NCBI GenBank assembly: GCA_951406725.2
Contig: OX597831.1
Span: 50,034,001 to 50,098,000, forward strand
Direction: 5' to 3'
DNA length: 64,000 nt
DNA from: Octopus vulgaris
Lineage: Eukaryota
Shown: positions 12,612 through 23,598 of the stretch, in pieces
Layout: every line of letters starts with the position of its first letter
Numbering within the stretch: the stretch's first letter is position 1
Notes under the pieces: model-generated
Databases searched by the model: none
The model's input: only the letters and a program-made list of their open reading frames with translations
Told to the model about the DNA's origin: nothing
Position numbers and translations under genes: made by a program

Positions 12612-13883
12612 TCAAGTATTCCCATAAGTTCTGTCCGATTTTGCCTTTTTTTTAAATTGAATGAAATTTCATAATATTTTAGAATGTCTAATGGAATTTT
12701 AAATTATTTTTATGCATTTGTGTACATTTAAACTAATTAAATATTTTACAGGATAATAGAATTAAAATTTCTATGATTGAAACCATTTCTAACATGGAAG
12801 TATCCATAGAGCATTTGAGGCAGATAATGCTTTATGAATACAAAAAAGGAAACTCTGCAACCGAAGCGACTCGAAACATACCCTTAGTTTATGGGAAAGA
12901 ATGTTTGAACGAAAGAACTTGCTGAAGATGGTTTGCAAAATTCAGAAATGGAGATTTCAACCTTGAAGATGGAGATCGTACAGGACGTCCAGTTGAGTTT
13001 GATGATAAGCTCCTTGAGGCATTACTTGAAGAAAATCCTGCATTGTCAGTTGAAGAATTGGCAATAAAGCTTAGTTCAAACCATACAACTGTTCATCGTC
13101 ATCTTCAACAACTAGGAAATGTTCCTAAACTTGGAAAATGTGTGCCTCATGAATCGTCCGAAAGCAATCGCGAATCTCGAGTTAACATCTGCTCTTCTCT
13201 CCAGTCTCGCGAACTCATTTCACCCTTTTTGGATAGACTGGTGACGAAAAATGGATCTTTTTTTATCAAAATATTAAACGTCGTTAACAGTGGCTTGGTA
13301 AAAGCTCAACCACATCCGAGAAGGGAACCTCATGGGGAAAAGGTTTTTCTCTCTATCTGCTGGGATTGCAAAGGAGTAATTCACTTTATATTGTTACCAC
13401 CTAATGCAACAATCAATGCTCAAGTCTACGGTCAGTAATTAGAGCCTTTGAGCCAAGCTTTGAAGAAGAAAGGCCCGCTTTAGTGAATCGAAAAGGAGTG
13501 ATATTTCATCAGGACAATGCGTGACCCACACTGCAAAGATCACATCCCAGAAGATGGAAGAGCTTGGGTGGGTAAAAACTCCTCATCCACCTTATTCTTC
13601 CGACCTTGCTCTTTCAGACTACCATTTGTTTCGTAGTTTACAGAATCATTTGTGGGACATAACTTTCGCAAGCCAGGTGGAGGTCGAAACTGACAATGCA
13701 GAATTCTTCGCTTTGAAACCAAAAGAGTTTTACATTGATGGGATTAAAAAGCTTGTAAATAGATGGAAGGAAGGCATAGATAATCAGGGAAAGTACATTG
13801 ATGATTAAATTTTAATTGAATATAACATTTGATCATTTGTTTTCTTTATTCAAAATTCGGGCAGAACTTATGGAATGACCTGA
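12612..13883 (+). mobile_element. Full-length mariner (DD34D) with pseudogenised transposase (12794-13808)
   Basis: About 30-bp TIRs (tcaagtattcccataagttctgtccga / tcgggcagaacttatggaatgacctga) with TA on both sides, 1272 bp long. Motifs RWFAKFRNGDFNLED, CVPHES (WVPHEL), HQDNA and HPPYSSDLALSDYHLFRSLQN. Confidence 0.95.
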
Positions 13884-15364
13884 TATTATTGTTGTTAGTT
13901 ATTGAGGAGAAAGTAAACAATTTATCAACAAAAGCGAGTATCGGGCAAACGGATAAGTCGACATCGAGTTTATAGGGATGGTGCAATAGAGATCATTAAG
14001 CTATTCACGGCTGCAGGCAGAACCATCAGTAGAAGCAGAAGTAGAACTTTGGAACGGGAATTCTGAGCATCTCTGCTCGTATCGTGCAGGCACGATTTCA
14101 TATAACTTTAAAGCTTAAAGACTAGAAATTGGGTTCCAATTTTACGCAAGCATTATGATTCAGAAAAATATCGTTGCCAACCAATAGACATCCACCTATA
14201 GATTGATTTTCTTTAACATATTCCATCTCTGATATTTACTATCTTTACGCTGTTTACAAGTGAAAAACAAAGATACACTTTTTGTTTAATCAGGAGAGAA
14301 ACTGCAGCACCCGTGCTAATATTCAACATCTTCGGGGACTGGCGAGATTACAGGATCAAGTTAACTTAAAAAGGAGACTGGAGAATGTCTGGAGTGAAGC
14401 TGAAAAATATTAAAGGGTTTATTATTCAGAAAAGAGACCGGATCATCAGCACGTCAGGTAAAATATTAAGCGGCATTTGTTCCGGTTCTTTACGATTTGA
14501 GTTCAAGTTCCACCGAGGTCAACTTTATCATTAAAGACAAATTATACATTTTAGCCTAGAGAGTGTACTAAAGGCATATAAGGTCCAGCTGGAGTCATTT
14601 AAACGAGCAACGTGTTACGTCTTTTACCGAAGAAAAACTATCTCTTTTAACACATTCTGTCTTTTCTTCTCCAAAAGTTCCCTTTGAGACATTTGGTAGA
14701 ATTTAGCCTGTATTAAAGGAAACTTTCCCAGTGTATCTCACTGTTTAATCGAACCAAAGAGCACGAAGTTGCAGAGCAAACTGCTTTGCCACATGACTAT
14801 GCCTACACACAAAGCACACGTTATTTTCAATAAATTAGTCTCTGAAGACCCATAATAATCTTACATGATTTCAATTTGAATCAACTTACTTGTGCATTGA
14901 TTCATACATTATTATCGCTTTTCGGATCATTAAGCTGATCTAATGTAAAATTTCACTTTATGATACGTTTAACCAGCGTATTGTATAGTTACAATTTCAT
15001 ATTAACACCTTTGTTCGTATTTTAAAAGCACAAGCCTCAAACTTTCCTACGTAAGCTTTCTAAACCGTTTCCGAATGCCATCTTTTAGCTTATCATACGA
15101 TACTGTTATGCCTAAATATTTATTGCCCACTCTGTCAACTTGTTTTATTATTTCTGTGTATAATCGCATTCTGAATTTAATTAGTCATTCGATTCAAATT
15201 ACGTGTTTGTCTCTGCACATAAATACAAGACATTTCGCTTCTCAGAAGAATAACAAAGACCACGTATTCAGTAATAGTCGATTAGTTCGTCTGATTAGTA
15301 CATATAAAGAAATCACTACAACGCTATGTAACAGTGGTTCCAAATCTGTCACGAGGCTAGCATG

Positions 15365-15533
15365 TTCGGGGGCGGGTAAAGTTGATTACATCGATACCAG
15401 TTGATAAACTGGTGCTTCTTTTATCGACCCAGATGAGATGAAAGTTAAAGTCAACTTCGGCGGCATTTGAACTCTCAACGTAAACAGGGAGAAAATGCTG
15501 CAAAGCATGCTAACGATTCTGCCAGCTTGCCCC
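15365..15533 (-). mobile_element. Meta-domain tRNA SINE
   Basis: Reverse complement of the 6089 family. Other partial copies at about 8030-8170, 14440-14530, 17025-17190, 28405-28512, 35673-35805, 52620-52695 and 52825-52965. Confidence 0.75.
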
Positions 15534-15564
15534 ATTTCACAGCTTTGTAATAGTAAAGCATATG

Positions 15565-15632
<68 letters not shown>

Positions 15633-15664
15633 GTGTTTGTGTGTGTGTGCGTGTGCGTGTGTGT

Positions 15665-15698
<34 letters not shown>

Positions 15699-15786
15699 CT
15701 CAAAGAAATTCTTTGAGTTTCACGTTTTGTTTGCAATCTTATAGTAATATAATGTAATATAATATACTTTTCTACTCTAGGCACAA

Positions 15787-15965
15787 GAATTCACAAAAGA
15801 CGAAGACAGGTGATATAGACAACAAGCAAATGTATTAGTATAACGCTCGGGAAGTGAAAAAGTCTTTAACGTTTCGAGCCTACGCTCTTCCACAGAAAGG
15901 AACACAGAAATAAACAAGGAGAGAAAATAATGAATGTATAGTGGCTAGTGATCTAGCATGGCGAA
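15787..15965 (-). mobile_element. Short non-coding PLE-like terminal repeat (family B) with hammerhead variant at 15863-15900
   Basis: Homologous to 43285-43455 and 63372-63600. Reverse complement cttt-CTGTGGA-a-gagc gtag gctc-GAAA-CG-TT-aaag. Confidence 0.7.
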
Positions 15966-15988
15966 TTCACACTCTGGAAGTAAAAAAG

Positions 15989-16028
<40 letters not shown>

Positions 16029-16127
16029 GTTATTTAAAATCAGCTTTTAAATAAAGCATATTACTCTACCTCTGGTATTTGAGTACTCGTTTTTCCACCT
16101 TGTTTCACACTTATGTGCTTACTCCGG

Positions 16128-16128
<1 letters not shown>
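16029..16128. repeat. About 100-bp dispersed repeat embedded in (TA)n (second copy 44411-44520)
   Basis: Both copies share ttatttaaaa...aataaagcatattactctacc.ctggtatttgagtactc...ttactccgg and are flanked by (TA)n on both sides. Confidence 0.85.
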
Positions 16129-16160
<32 letters not shown>

Positions 16161-16863
16161 GGGGGGGTGTATATATTTGAAGGGGACGAATGCACTTACA
16201 TTGAATTACAGATGATAACAGGACAGCAAACACTTTTGCTGTAGTATATGACGTTGAAGTCGAAAGAGAAAAGATAATACAGGAATATTTGTGCATAATG
16301 TTTCAAATTATGTTGATAGTTACTCAAATATGAGCTACTAATGCCGTTCAGGCAATCACCACTTACGTGGGTGTACACCTTGTTAAGATAGGTGCCTATA
16401 TAATTGTTCCTTTCCCGTCTCCGACTTTCATTCAACGGAACACCCAGTACATCATAGTGGGTAGCTGTTCATTTTAAATCGAATTGAAGGCGCGTGACTA
16501 GTAAGCTCGGGAATTGTACCCACGCTCGTAAAGTCGTGGTTTGTATTCCCGGACCGAGGAGTGATAAACAAAACACCTCATTTCCCGTTGTTCCACTCGG
16601 CTCAGCTATAAATGAGTTGTAGTAAAATCATGGAAGTTAACTTTGAGACAGACCTGTATCCTGTTCGGAAGGTAATGCTATAATCTCATTCATTTATAAT
16701 ACATGGAAGTCGGATTCATCACCGGCCGTATCAGTCCTGACCTAAGAATAAAGCAACGTGTTATAACTTCACTCCACGTGTGTAATATAGAAGATCTCAA
16801 CATATAGAACATATTTCCATTATTTACATTTGACAGATATTTGTCCTCATCTTGTTTGTTGTT

Positions 16864-16909
16864 AACATAACGTTTCGGCGGATATAACGTCCAGCCTTCA
16901 TCAGGTGTC
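16864..16909 (-). ncRNA. Minimal type I hammerhead ribozyme motif (family A), within repeat 16820-16958
   Basis: Reverse complement gacac-CTGATGA-a-ggc(tggacgttatatcc)gcc-GAAA-CG-TT-atgtt. Canonical core, stem II, palindromic ACGT stem III, and stem I with one mismatch. Confidence 0.75.
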
Positions 16910-16985
16910 TTGAGGAAATTTCGAACCTGGGTTCTTATTCCTAAGGTATTTTTCGATATTGTTGTTGCTGTTGATGTTGTTGCTG

Positions 16986-17023
<38 letters not shown>

Positions 17024-17221
17024 GACTAGTACTTATTTTGTCGACCATAACGTAATTGGATGAAAGACACAGCAAACTGAGGCGAAATTTCAACAGAGAA
17101 TATAATGGGTCTGAAGAAATGCCGCTAATCATCCAACGTGCTAATGATTCGGCTAATGAGTCGGCTAATGATTCTGCTAGCTTGCCGCCATAAGTGCTCT
17201 AAATAATGATCGCTGTCATAA

Positions 17222-18064
17222 CCCCTTTATGGATTATCCCGAGTTTACTCATGCATCGCAATTGTATCTTTTTAGAACCAGACGAGTATACTTGGTTAAA
17301 ATTAACTTTTAATTTTAGAACTCAAACGAATTTATTTTTGTGTCGTTTCATTTTTGAGCAATCACGAATGTATTCACCTTGTTTAGAAAAAATAAGTATT
17401 TTTTCATTTGATGGATTTGGCTAATTGAAATGCTTCTGTTTTGTGTAAAGCATCTTTGGAAACTTCAGCTTCTGCCATGAATCCGATGAAATTTAGAATG
17501 CAAATAATCACCAAGATTATTGAAAAATATAAGCCCTTATTGCCTCCGACGAAACCAGGAAGACCACCATCGATCCCACATCCAACAAGATTTGCCCCAG
17601 CTGGCCACTTTCCCATGGAAATACCACCAAGTGATAAGAAAAAGAATCCTGCAAGTTAGTGTGCAAAATGCGCAGAGAAGACGCTAAAGGAAAAAAGATT
17701 CGAAGAGAAAGCAGGTACATGTGTGATGTCTGCAAGATAACTTTGTGTGTAACTCCTTGCTTTAAAAATTATCATTCTAAATAAACTGTCTATCTCAATT
17801 TCTACAAATTTTCCTTTGATTTAAGAGCAATACATCTTGTAAAAAATCGAAGATAGTTAATTTTTATTTAGTTTTTTCAATGTCCGAGTTAACTCGTTTA
17901 AGTCCAAATGAGTAAAAGTACATTTTAATTTCTATAAGAAAAAATATAGGAAACAAGAAGAAAAACTTTTTGGGTGATTAACACAGTGTATATAATTAAT
18001 AAAGGAAATAAAAAATATGCTCTGAAAAGAAACGTCATGTGAAAATAATTGATCCGTTAAGGGG
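17222..18064 (+). mobile_element. Internally deleted piggyBac element retaining the C-terminal Cys-rich domain
   Basis: Ends ATAA-cccctttatggat ... atccgttaagggg-TTAA. Peptide FRMQII...GHFP..IP...VC...KKIRRESRYMCDVCKITLCVTPCFKNYH* at about 17490-17780. Confidence 0.9.
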
Positions 18065-18808
18065 TTAATGATGTGCCATAATGAATGTGTTAATTAGCAG
18101 AAGTTCAAAATCGCGCTCACACAGGAGTGCGATCCGCAAGTGGGCTGCGGCAGCTGGTTGCCGCACATGTTTCAAACCACCGCTTCTTTTCTGACACACC
18201 GTTTTATGTTGGTATCGAGATTTAAAACACGGGAGCTTCCATTAATTATATAAATGGAATGTAAACATTTCTTTGCCAAAAATCTAGTGATTCATTTACA
18301 ATATACAAGCTGAGTAAGAACTAAAAAAATTATTACTGAGAATATACTAAGGTCATAGAACATTGATAAAACGCATTCATCGGCATCATTTTATAATTTA
18401 ACACATCTTCTCAATCAGTGTTCCTGAAGCATTCTTTACCAATATATCCCTTTGTTTATTATTTTATTCTGGTGGACCCCCATAGCCGTTCGATGTTTAA
18501 AAACTAATTTTATAGATATTTCTAGAAATACTTTCATAAATACTTCTTTTAAAATTCCTATTTTCTATTTCACACATTCACTTGTATAGGTTGCTCTATG
18601 TAAACGGTTGCAGAAAGAAATTTTCACACATTTAAATCAAGGCTTTTCTTAGACACTCAAAATAATACTGCGGATTCCAAATTCACTATTTTGCTAGCTA
18701 GGGCCCCAAAATATAATAAGGACTTAGGAGTTCATGTAGGCGGCGATTGCAATCCACTTGTCTAAATAAATCAGTTAAAATCTTATACACTAATATTGTT
18801 TTGTTCGC

Positions 18809-18845
<37 letters not shown>

Positions 18846-18949
18846 GTATGTATGTATATGTGTATGTGTTTGTCTAATTGTTTATTTATCTGCATGTCAT
18901 GTCTGTTTGTCTGTCTTTCTACACACACACACGCACACATATTTATATA

Positions 18950-18982
<33 letters not shown>

Positions 18983-19608
18983 GTAATACAAACAGAGACG
19001 GGGAGAGGGGTACGAGGGAGAAGTGATGAATCATTGTACATCTATATACGTTTCCTTGTATTTGAGCGTATGCACATGAAGAATGGATGTGGGTTTTAAA
19101 CCATATCAAAATAGACAAATGCATCATCCGACAGAGAATCATGAATTCTGTTTGATGTATTCGGACACCTACGAAGTTACGCATCATAGCTTGTTTAATG
19201 GGATGGCATATATATATATATATATACACCCAGGCTACGTTTGAACAAATGTTCAGTATACTATTTCAATGCAACAATATTTTTATTGGAAAGAAGCTCT
19301 AGCGATTGCAGACAAAAGATTTCTCTTCACAACAGACAAAATACATACGCGCGCATACATACACACATATACACACGCACACATACACACACACAAACTA
19401 AGTCAACAGACAAGCAAAAACAAGCAAACACGCCAATACGTGCGCACAGGATGGCTCTTGTTTGTATAGAGTATTAAACATTCCAGTTCAATCGCTGCTG
19501 GCATCGGTGGTACCAATGATAACAAAAAAGAATTCGTACATATGTTACTGAATAGAGATGTATTTTCTACATGTATGTCTTCACAGATAGGTACAAATAA
19601 ATGCAACC

Positions 19609-19685
<77 letters not shown>

Positions 19686-21384
19686 GCATACATATATATA
19701 TGCATGTACATACATACATGTATATATATGTATGTACATACATAAATGCGTATATATATATAGAGAGAGAGAGAGAGAGACTATAGATATATATTGTATA
19801 AAAAGATTTATCTATTTGTTCATATTATATGTATCATATAAATACATTATATATGTATTTATTGTATAAGTAATGGCAAATGATATTTACCATGTATCCA
19901 CACTGTCACTACATCGAGGATGTCATCGGTTTGAATGGAGACAGCCAATGAAATATAACACGTTATCGCATTATACCAGTGATATTTTATTTTATTGGCC
20001 ATGGAAAAGTGGAAATATATTTGACTCTGTTTTCTTTGGATAAATTGGACGCAGAACGAAAACATCTAAGGCAGACCATGTACATCATTCTTCAGTGGTG
20101 ATAACGTCTAACAGAGCAACAAAAAATATTTCGCTCAATTTAGGGTGGATCATACTGTTGAGAAATATACACGCGCTGATTATGTTTCATTTTAGTGTTT
20201 TATTAATAATCGCATAGACAATTCGTAATTTGATTAACTGTGCAAGAGCTTAGTCTATCAATGTCACTTTGCCATAGTTGTGACCACTACTTGAAGTGTA
20301 TAGTCTTTTTTACTTATTATAAATTGTTTATTCATTTTTGTACTTATTGTGATCTAGTTTTATGTTTTAATATATATTGTATTTTTTATTTATGATTTGG
20401 TTTATGTCTATCATTGTTTGAATTGCATAGTTTTTCTCTAATTTATATATATATATATATATATTTCGGGATAGTCATTTTTTATTGCCAAACAAACACA
20501 CGCACTATATATTCGTCCTTCATTATTCGTTCTTGTTTATTATTGTTCTGAATTTATGTTCATTGTTTGGAAATCTTTCGTCTCACCATCTGTGATCCCT
20601 TTAGTGACTCTCCATCTCACGTGATTTTCTGTTTAGTCCATTCTATTTTCTATCGTGAGCATCCTTATCTGCGGATACATTTGCCTCTGTATCTCTCTGT
20701 GTGTCCATGTGTATACGCGTGTTTATATATATCACATGTGTGTTTTGTGTGTGTATGAGCTTGCTCACTCTACTGTTTGTATCCGTGCATTTTATTTAAT
20801 ACTTTTTCATTTATTTACTTATATCTCTATTTTCCCCATTTCATCTAAAGTTTGTGTATATGTCTTATGTGTATGTCTATATGGGTTTATGTATTTTTAT
20901 CTATATGGGGTTACGTATGTTTATCAGCATAACACATTGAACATGTTTATATTCCAATATAGAGTTAATTAAAACTTGGATATACACCTACCTTTTAAAG
21001 CATGTTCACTGACTATGGTTATCTCACATCGTCCACGGCATTAATATATATGCCACTGTATCACCCTTAGGATTTCCTCGAAGTTCGTTGTGTATATAAC
21101 AAAGAAGAGGAACAGATAAGGAAATTCACGATATTCTTTATTCATCACAAAGGTTCTTTGAAAGCTGCCATAGTTAGAGTAATGTCCAAAACTAACCAGG
21201 GCCACTTAATTCGAGCGTGTAGATGACTTAGATCTCATATAGAAGCAGTTGTTGAAGCTGAAGGTGAGTTTATTGAATAACATTATAGAAAAGGTTTATT
21301 TTTATCCGCATTGCATTTTTTGATATTTTATAGCTGTTTTTTATAAACATAAATCTGTGCTCAAATATCTTACTCAATTTGTAT

Positions 21385-21540
<156 letters not shown>

Positions 21541-22456
21541 CACACACATATTTATATATTTATAATTACATATAAATTAAATATATATCTAATGTATATA
21601 TATATATATATATATATACATACATACATACATACATACATACGTACAACGGGCAGAAAAGATCCATTCAAATCTAACAACGTTTTTATAGCTACGAATT
21701 CATTTGTCATTCGTAGCTCTCTGCTAATTTTCTACGTTTTCTCTTTTACACAACGCAACAGTACCCTAAAGGCGACAAGGAAATATACATTTACCGAGAA
21801 CACGGAGATAAAAAGCATATCCCATTACATCAAAGAATGATTCATATAAGAAGTTTTATTTGTAAATGATCCTAATAGAAAGTTTTAACAAGTTGCACAA
21901 CATATCTTTCTATAACCATTTTCACTTTCTCGATGATGTCGAGAGATATTAACCTCTTTATATAATATTTGCCAGTGCTGTTTGCACTCACTGATTGGCA
22001 GTCAGTTTTCTGCTTCATCATTGCTTATTTTCTGTGGCATCTCGTTTATCTTTAATGTGTAGGTTGATCAGGAGGTAATCATTTTAAAATTTCTTATACG
22101 GATTTATTTCGTTGTTAGATGATATAAGGCTTTTCGTATTAGCATTTTTTCGTAAACGTTGAGGTTGGCTATATTTAACTGTAAAATTAATGAAGGATAT
22201 ATATTTCTGCAGAAGTGGATGATATTTTCATGTTGAAGTATTTTGTTGCGGTTTCTTAAATATGTTTTAACATTAATTATGAATCATGCTTATTTCACTG
22301 TGGTCATCGCTGGATAGTTGAGTCGAGAAACCGATATTCACTTTCACAAATTACACACGCACACACTGCAATCATATCTTATACATGTGTGTGCGTGCAT
22401 GTGCGTATGAGTGTATGTGTCTCTGTGAGTGTTTGTGTGTATGTGTGTGCGTATAC

Positions 22457-22517
<61 letters not shown>

Positions 22518-22550
22518 TGCGTGTGTGTGTATATATATATGTGTATATAT

Positions 22551-22901
22551 AAAGTAAACAGAAAATGGAGAAATATTTATCAACAACAATTGAATAGCAT
22601 CGATTATTACTTTTTAATACAAATAGACTTTATCCCATCTAACAGCCGTTTCTGCCTCCAATGGCCCATGGTGTTGCCATTAAAATTTCTGAAAATAATA
22701 TTCATCATATTTTGTAACACATACGATCTGGAACATGGAGCTTCATCAGAGTGAAGAAAAATACATAAAAGAAAAGAAAAGGAAAGGAGAACTGTCTTCT
22801 GCATTGGATGCAAAAACGGATAAAGTCTATTTGTGTTAAAAAGTAATAGTCGGTGTTAGTCAATATTGTTGATCAATATTTCTCTCTTTTCTGTTTACTT
22901 T
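22551..22901. repeat. Imperfect fold-back element (arms about 22551-22635 and 22818-22901) enclosing a hammerhead-like motif
   Basis: aaagtaaacagaaaa...aaatagactttatcc pairs with ggataaagtctattt...ttttctgtttacttt. A second pair is ccgtttctgcctccaatg / cattggatgcaaaaacgg. Confidence 0.85.
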
Positions 22902-23059
22902 AAATTTGATTCCTGATAAACGCATGCCATTGCCACTTCCCCATGAACATAATATGCTTGCATATGTATGCCCAGGGTTAACATAGGTAATTATACCGAA
23001 GTAAAACGGATATTTTTATCCCTTAAACGGTTATTCCAGCCTCTAACTATATTAACCTA

Positions 23060-23090
<31 letters not shown>

Positions 23091-23091
<1 letters not shown>

Positions 23092-23418
23092 ACAATTGCA
23101 GCGTGGAAGGTGTTTGTAAGCCATTTAAGAAACACACAAAAGCCGTTCGATTCACTTCAACATTTAAGTTTAATTTGTCAAAATATTTTCGTCGCTAAAA
23201 TCCGCGACCTGTTCACTGATAAAAATCCGTGCTGTTTTTATCAGTGAACAGGTCGCGGATTTTAGCGACGAAAATATTTTGACAAATTAAACTTAAATGT
23301 TGAAGTGAATCGAACGGCTTTTGTGTGTTTCTTAAATGACTTACAAACACCTTCCACGCTGCAATTGTTTTCGTTTCTGCACACGATCTCAGATCAAATC
23401 ACTTGCTATGCGAGTACA

Positions 23419-23420
<2 letters not shown>
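23091..23420. mobile_element. Fold-back element: 135-bp arms (23091-23225, 23235-23369), 9-nt loop and about 50-bp unique tail, embedded in (TA)n
   Basis: Arms differ at one position by my reading. A related copy lies at 43470-43704. Confidence 0.95.
23237..23286 (+). ncRNA. Hammerhead ribozyme variant with G3:C8 swapped core (mirror copy on the minus strand at 23174-23223)
   Basis: tttatca-GTGAACA-g-gtcgc ggatttta gcgac-GAAA-ATAT-TT-tgacaaa. 5-bp stem II, palindromic AATATT stem III, stem I with 6 of 7 pairs. Confidence 0.7.
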
Positions 23421-23472
<52 letters not shown>

Positions 23473-23543
23473 AAAATATATATATATGAGGTAAGGCAAT
23501 TCGTTGCCAAACCCTTTATTGCTTAGTATATATATATATATAT

Positions 23544-23598
<55 letters not shown>

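Noticed and set aside
20570-20612. Possible decayed hammerhead (minus strand) in a TA-adjacent segment
   Set aside because: The core reads CTAAAGG and stem I does not pair, so it cannot be supported from one copy.
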